DNA from: Anthoceros angustus
Lineage: Eukaryota > Plantae > Anthocerotophyta
Length of the DNA: 21,706 nt
NCBI GenBank assembly: GCA_010909165.1
Contig: MU008214.1
Span: 263,085 to 284,790 of the forward strand
Direction: 5' to 3'
Below the pieces are notes generated by a model. The model was not told the origin of the DNA. It searched no databases and saw nothing but the letters and a program-made list of their open reading frames with translations. Both the position numbers and the translations under genes were made by a program. Below, in pieces: positions 19,210-21,706 of this stretch. Numbering within the stretch: position 1 is the stretch's first letter; each line of letters begins with the position of its first letter.

Positions 19210-21144
19210 ATGGCGTCGAATCCACCACCCACCAACACAACATTAAATTTCAACACCACAAAAGTGGATTTCAGAGACCGTGATCGCTCACCGGGAAGCA
19301 CGACATATGGCAGATGAGGATCCAAGCCTTGCTTGAGGAGCATGACCTTATGGGCATCATTAGGCACACACCCTAAGCCATCCATTATCAAACCCACCAA
19401 AGAACCTGATGAAATTGCAGATGGGAGAAGAGTGACAAACGAGCCCGCAACATTCTTATTTCTACAATCGATAAGAATATGTTAAATACACACGGCCAGT
19501 AACTTAAACGCATCCGGAACACCTTCAACAAGATGTTCCAAGCCCAAAGTTCAATGTCACTAGTAAATGCAACATCGCCAAATTTTACTCATTGAGAATG
19601 AAAGAATCGATGTTGAAAAGACGCATAACTTTAACAAGGCAAAGTTATCCACCAGCGACCCCTCACAGAATCGCAAGTAGATCGCTTCTAACCTCCTTGC
19701 TCGGTTCATATATGTAATATCTGCCGCTCAAACACAAAGGCTCGGACAAACAAAGACAAGTAGGAGGTTCGGCACCTTACACACTTTCTGAAGTCGTTGC
19801 AGCCCTTCTTGAAGAAGAATCCAGTCGAATAGGCACTTCACGCTCCAATATTGGAGCCAATCACGTGCTCTTTGCATCACGAGGCCGTGGTGCAAGGCGA
19901 GGTGGTTTCAGATCAGCGGTTTTTCCTCGCGGAAGCCCACTGGTCAGTTCCAAAGACCTTCTTTCAATGCAGGTCCAAGGCAACCACAAAACAGAATTCA
20001 GAAGGGAGCATGCAACCGGTGCAAAATTATTGGGCACTATGAAAACGAATGCCGTAAGAAGATGTTGAACCTCACGAGAGAGATGTACCAAGGAGCGAGT
20101 CACATGTCACCACAACCAACAAACACCGCAAAGAAATTCAATATTGGCGATGCCTTACACTCACGAGGACAAATCCTCATCGATGGTTCCTCGACTCAGG
20201 GGCTACCACCCACATTTGTAGCAGCATCGACATGTTCGACTCATATAATCAAGTATTATCCGACCAACACGTCTTGCTCGGTGCATTACCCATCAGCAGG
20301 TCAGGAGATATCAAGCTACGGCTTGCAAACGGAGAAACACTCCTTATAAACGGAGTTCTGCACGTCCCAACAATGACAAAGAATTTGCTATCAACCGCAA
20401 GCCAGCAATCGAGCATGACCCGTAATCATTCGCTTGGTAACCATCGCACCATTAGCCATGCAAAAGACCACCACACATTTTGCTCACACCTTTTACAATG
20501 ATTTGTACCGAACATTCAATCCCACTCATCTTTGTTGGTAGATTCTCCGTAACAAAACAAAACAAATTTCGCTACTAATCGCCAGCTGGTCACATGAACC
20601 CGAGGTATTTGAACTCATTTGCCAATCCGCAATCAGAGATCCAATCAAACTTCTGCACAACAGACTTTTTCTCAAACTGTAAGTACACAAAACTAAATCA
20701 GCTGCCATTCAATGACCCTCAACCTACCAGGGCTAGAAGACTTCTGGAAGTCATCCATTCTGACATTTGTGGTCCCATGAGTACAGTTTCCTTTGGAGGA
20801 CCCATACGTCCTCACCTTCATGGACGAGTGGAGTAGGTATACCCACATATACTTCTTGAAGCACAAAAGTGAAGCCCTTAATTACTTCCGAGAGTTCCTC
20901 ACCACCGAGAACGCAAACCGCTTCCTAGTTGGCACCTCGCGAAGCATAATGCGGTGAATACACAAGCCGTCCCTTCTCAGAACTCAAGGGCATCTACCAC
21001 TGCCCCTCATACTCCAACACAAAACCCCTTGCAGAGGTCAACCAGATCCATACTTGAAATTTCTAGATCTCTCCTCAAAATAGGTCTAACAAAGGGATAT
21101 CAAGGAGGGTCTCACCGCAACCTACCTTAAGAATAGACTACAAC
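19210..21144 (+). pseudogene. gag-pol: Ty1/copia gag-pol (gag, zinc knuckle, protease, gag-pre-integrase, integrase core), frameshifted and interrupted
   Basis: MASNPP...IWQMRIQALLEEHDLMGII; DKRARNILISTIDKNML; CNRCKIIGHYENEC (CX2CX4HX4C, 20011-20052); WFLDSGATTH (20184-20213); VLHVPTMTKNLLS; GHMNPRYL; LEVIHSDICGPM; TFMDEWSRYTHIYFLKHKSEA; YLKNRL at 21123-21140. Protease-before-integrase order is copia. Confidence 0.93.
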
Positions 21145-21706
21145 TGCGGGAAAACCCGCACTCCCGAGGTCCTCCCACTATAGCGGCCACTTATCCCATT
21201 GTCGCCTGCACGCTTGGGTTTCGGCCCCATGAGACTTGTGTGAAAGTTCGAGGTCTTGTGATCACCGATCGCCACCGCAGACACAACTTCACCTTCAACG
21301 AGCAAGGCGCCTACTCACTCCCTTACAGCCTGCACCACTCCTTGAAAATCACCCTCAACCTACAACAACACACAATTGCAGTGTCCCGCCTCAAGAGCGA
21401 GGAGCCTATCACGCGCCTGTGACCCCCGATCCACACCGCGATTTCCCTACTTCTAAGACCACTCTCTCCACTGTGAGCGCTCTTACTTGCAGATTTGGGA
21501 TTCGGCCCCTTAGGCTCGCCTGTGGCCTTCCACTACCTACACCTCTAATCCTCTACTCATCTTCTCATCTTCTCATCTTCTCATCCTCTTCCTCCTATTC
21601 TAACCTCGCCTGGGCCATCGGTTTCGATTTGGCGGCATTGCGCACAATCTTCTTGGGTCGTCTGTAGAGGGCTGGCGGAGCTTCAGGAAATTTGGAAGTT
21701 GCTGCG
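21145..21706 (-). mobile_element. Athila-like LTR (3' end at 21145) inserted into the copia integrase; continues beyond the window
   Basis: 21145-~21610 is the reverse complement of ~7000-7461. Homology starts at TG (LTR-terminal CA on the minus strand) right after the YLKNRL codons. Confidence 0.88.

Overview
Plant nuclear DNA made almost entirely of old, nested, frameshifted LTR retrotransposons; I can support no intact protein-coding gene. A fern or lycophyte origin is my inference from the style of the PPR motifs. Contents: (i) several related Ty3/gypsy (Athila-like, tRNA-Asp primer site) segments and LTRs in both orientations (1-~3355 minus, ~5160-7461 plus followed by PBS and gag, ~12880-16532 plus, 21145-end minus), two of them carrying a degenerate extra ORF; (ii) a second LTR-like family present twice (~3360-4340 and ~12162-12860); (iii) a host-gene-derived block at ~9700-12150 consisting of PLS-class PPR fragments flanking, and fused to, a near-full-length but ruined PHT1 phosphate-transporter coding sequence; (iv) a nest from 16772 to the end: a tRNA-iMet-primed element, a Ty1/copia gag cut at its SLPPSY motif by a second copia (LTR, PBS, gag, zinc knuckle, protease, integrase), whose integrase is in turn cut by an Athila-like LTR. 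The most interesting signals are the PPR-PHT1-PPR mosaic lying between gag and a PPT/LTR-like sequence (possible gene capture) and a recurrent CTACCRYGGTAG palindrome family. All alignments and translations were done by eye, so boundaries are approximate unless a motif is quoted.
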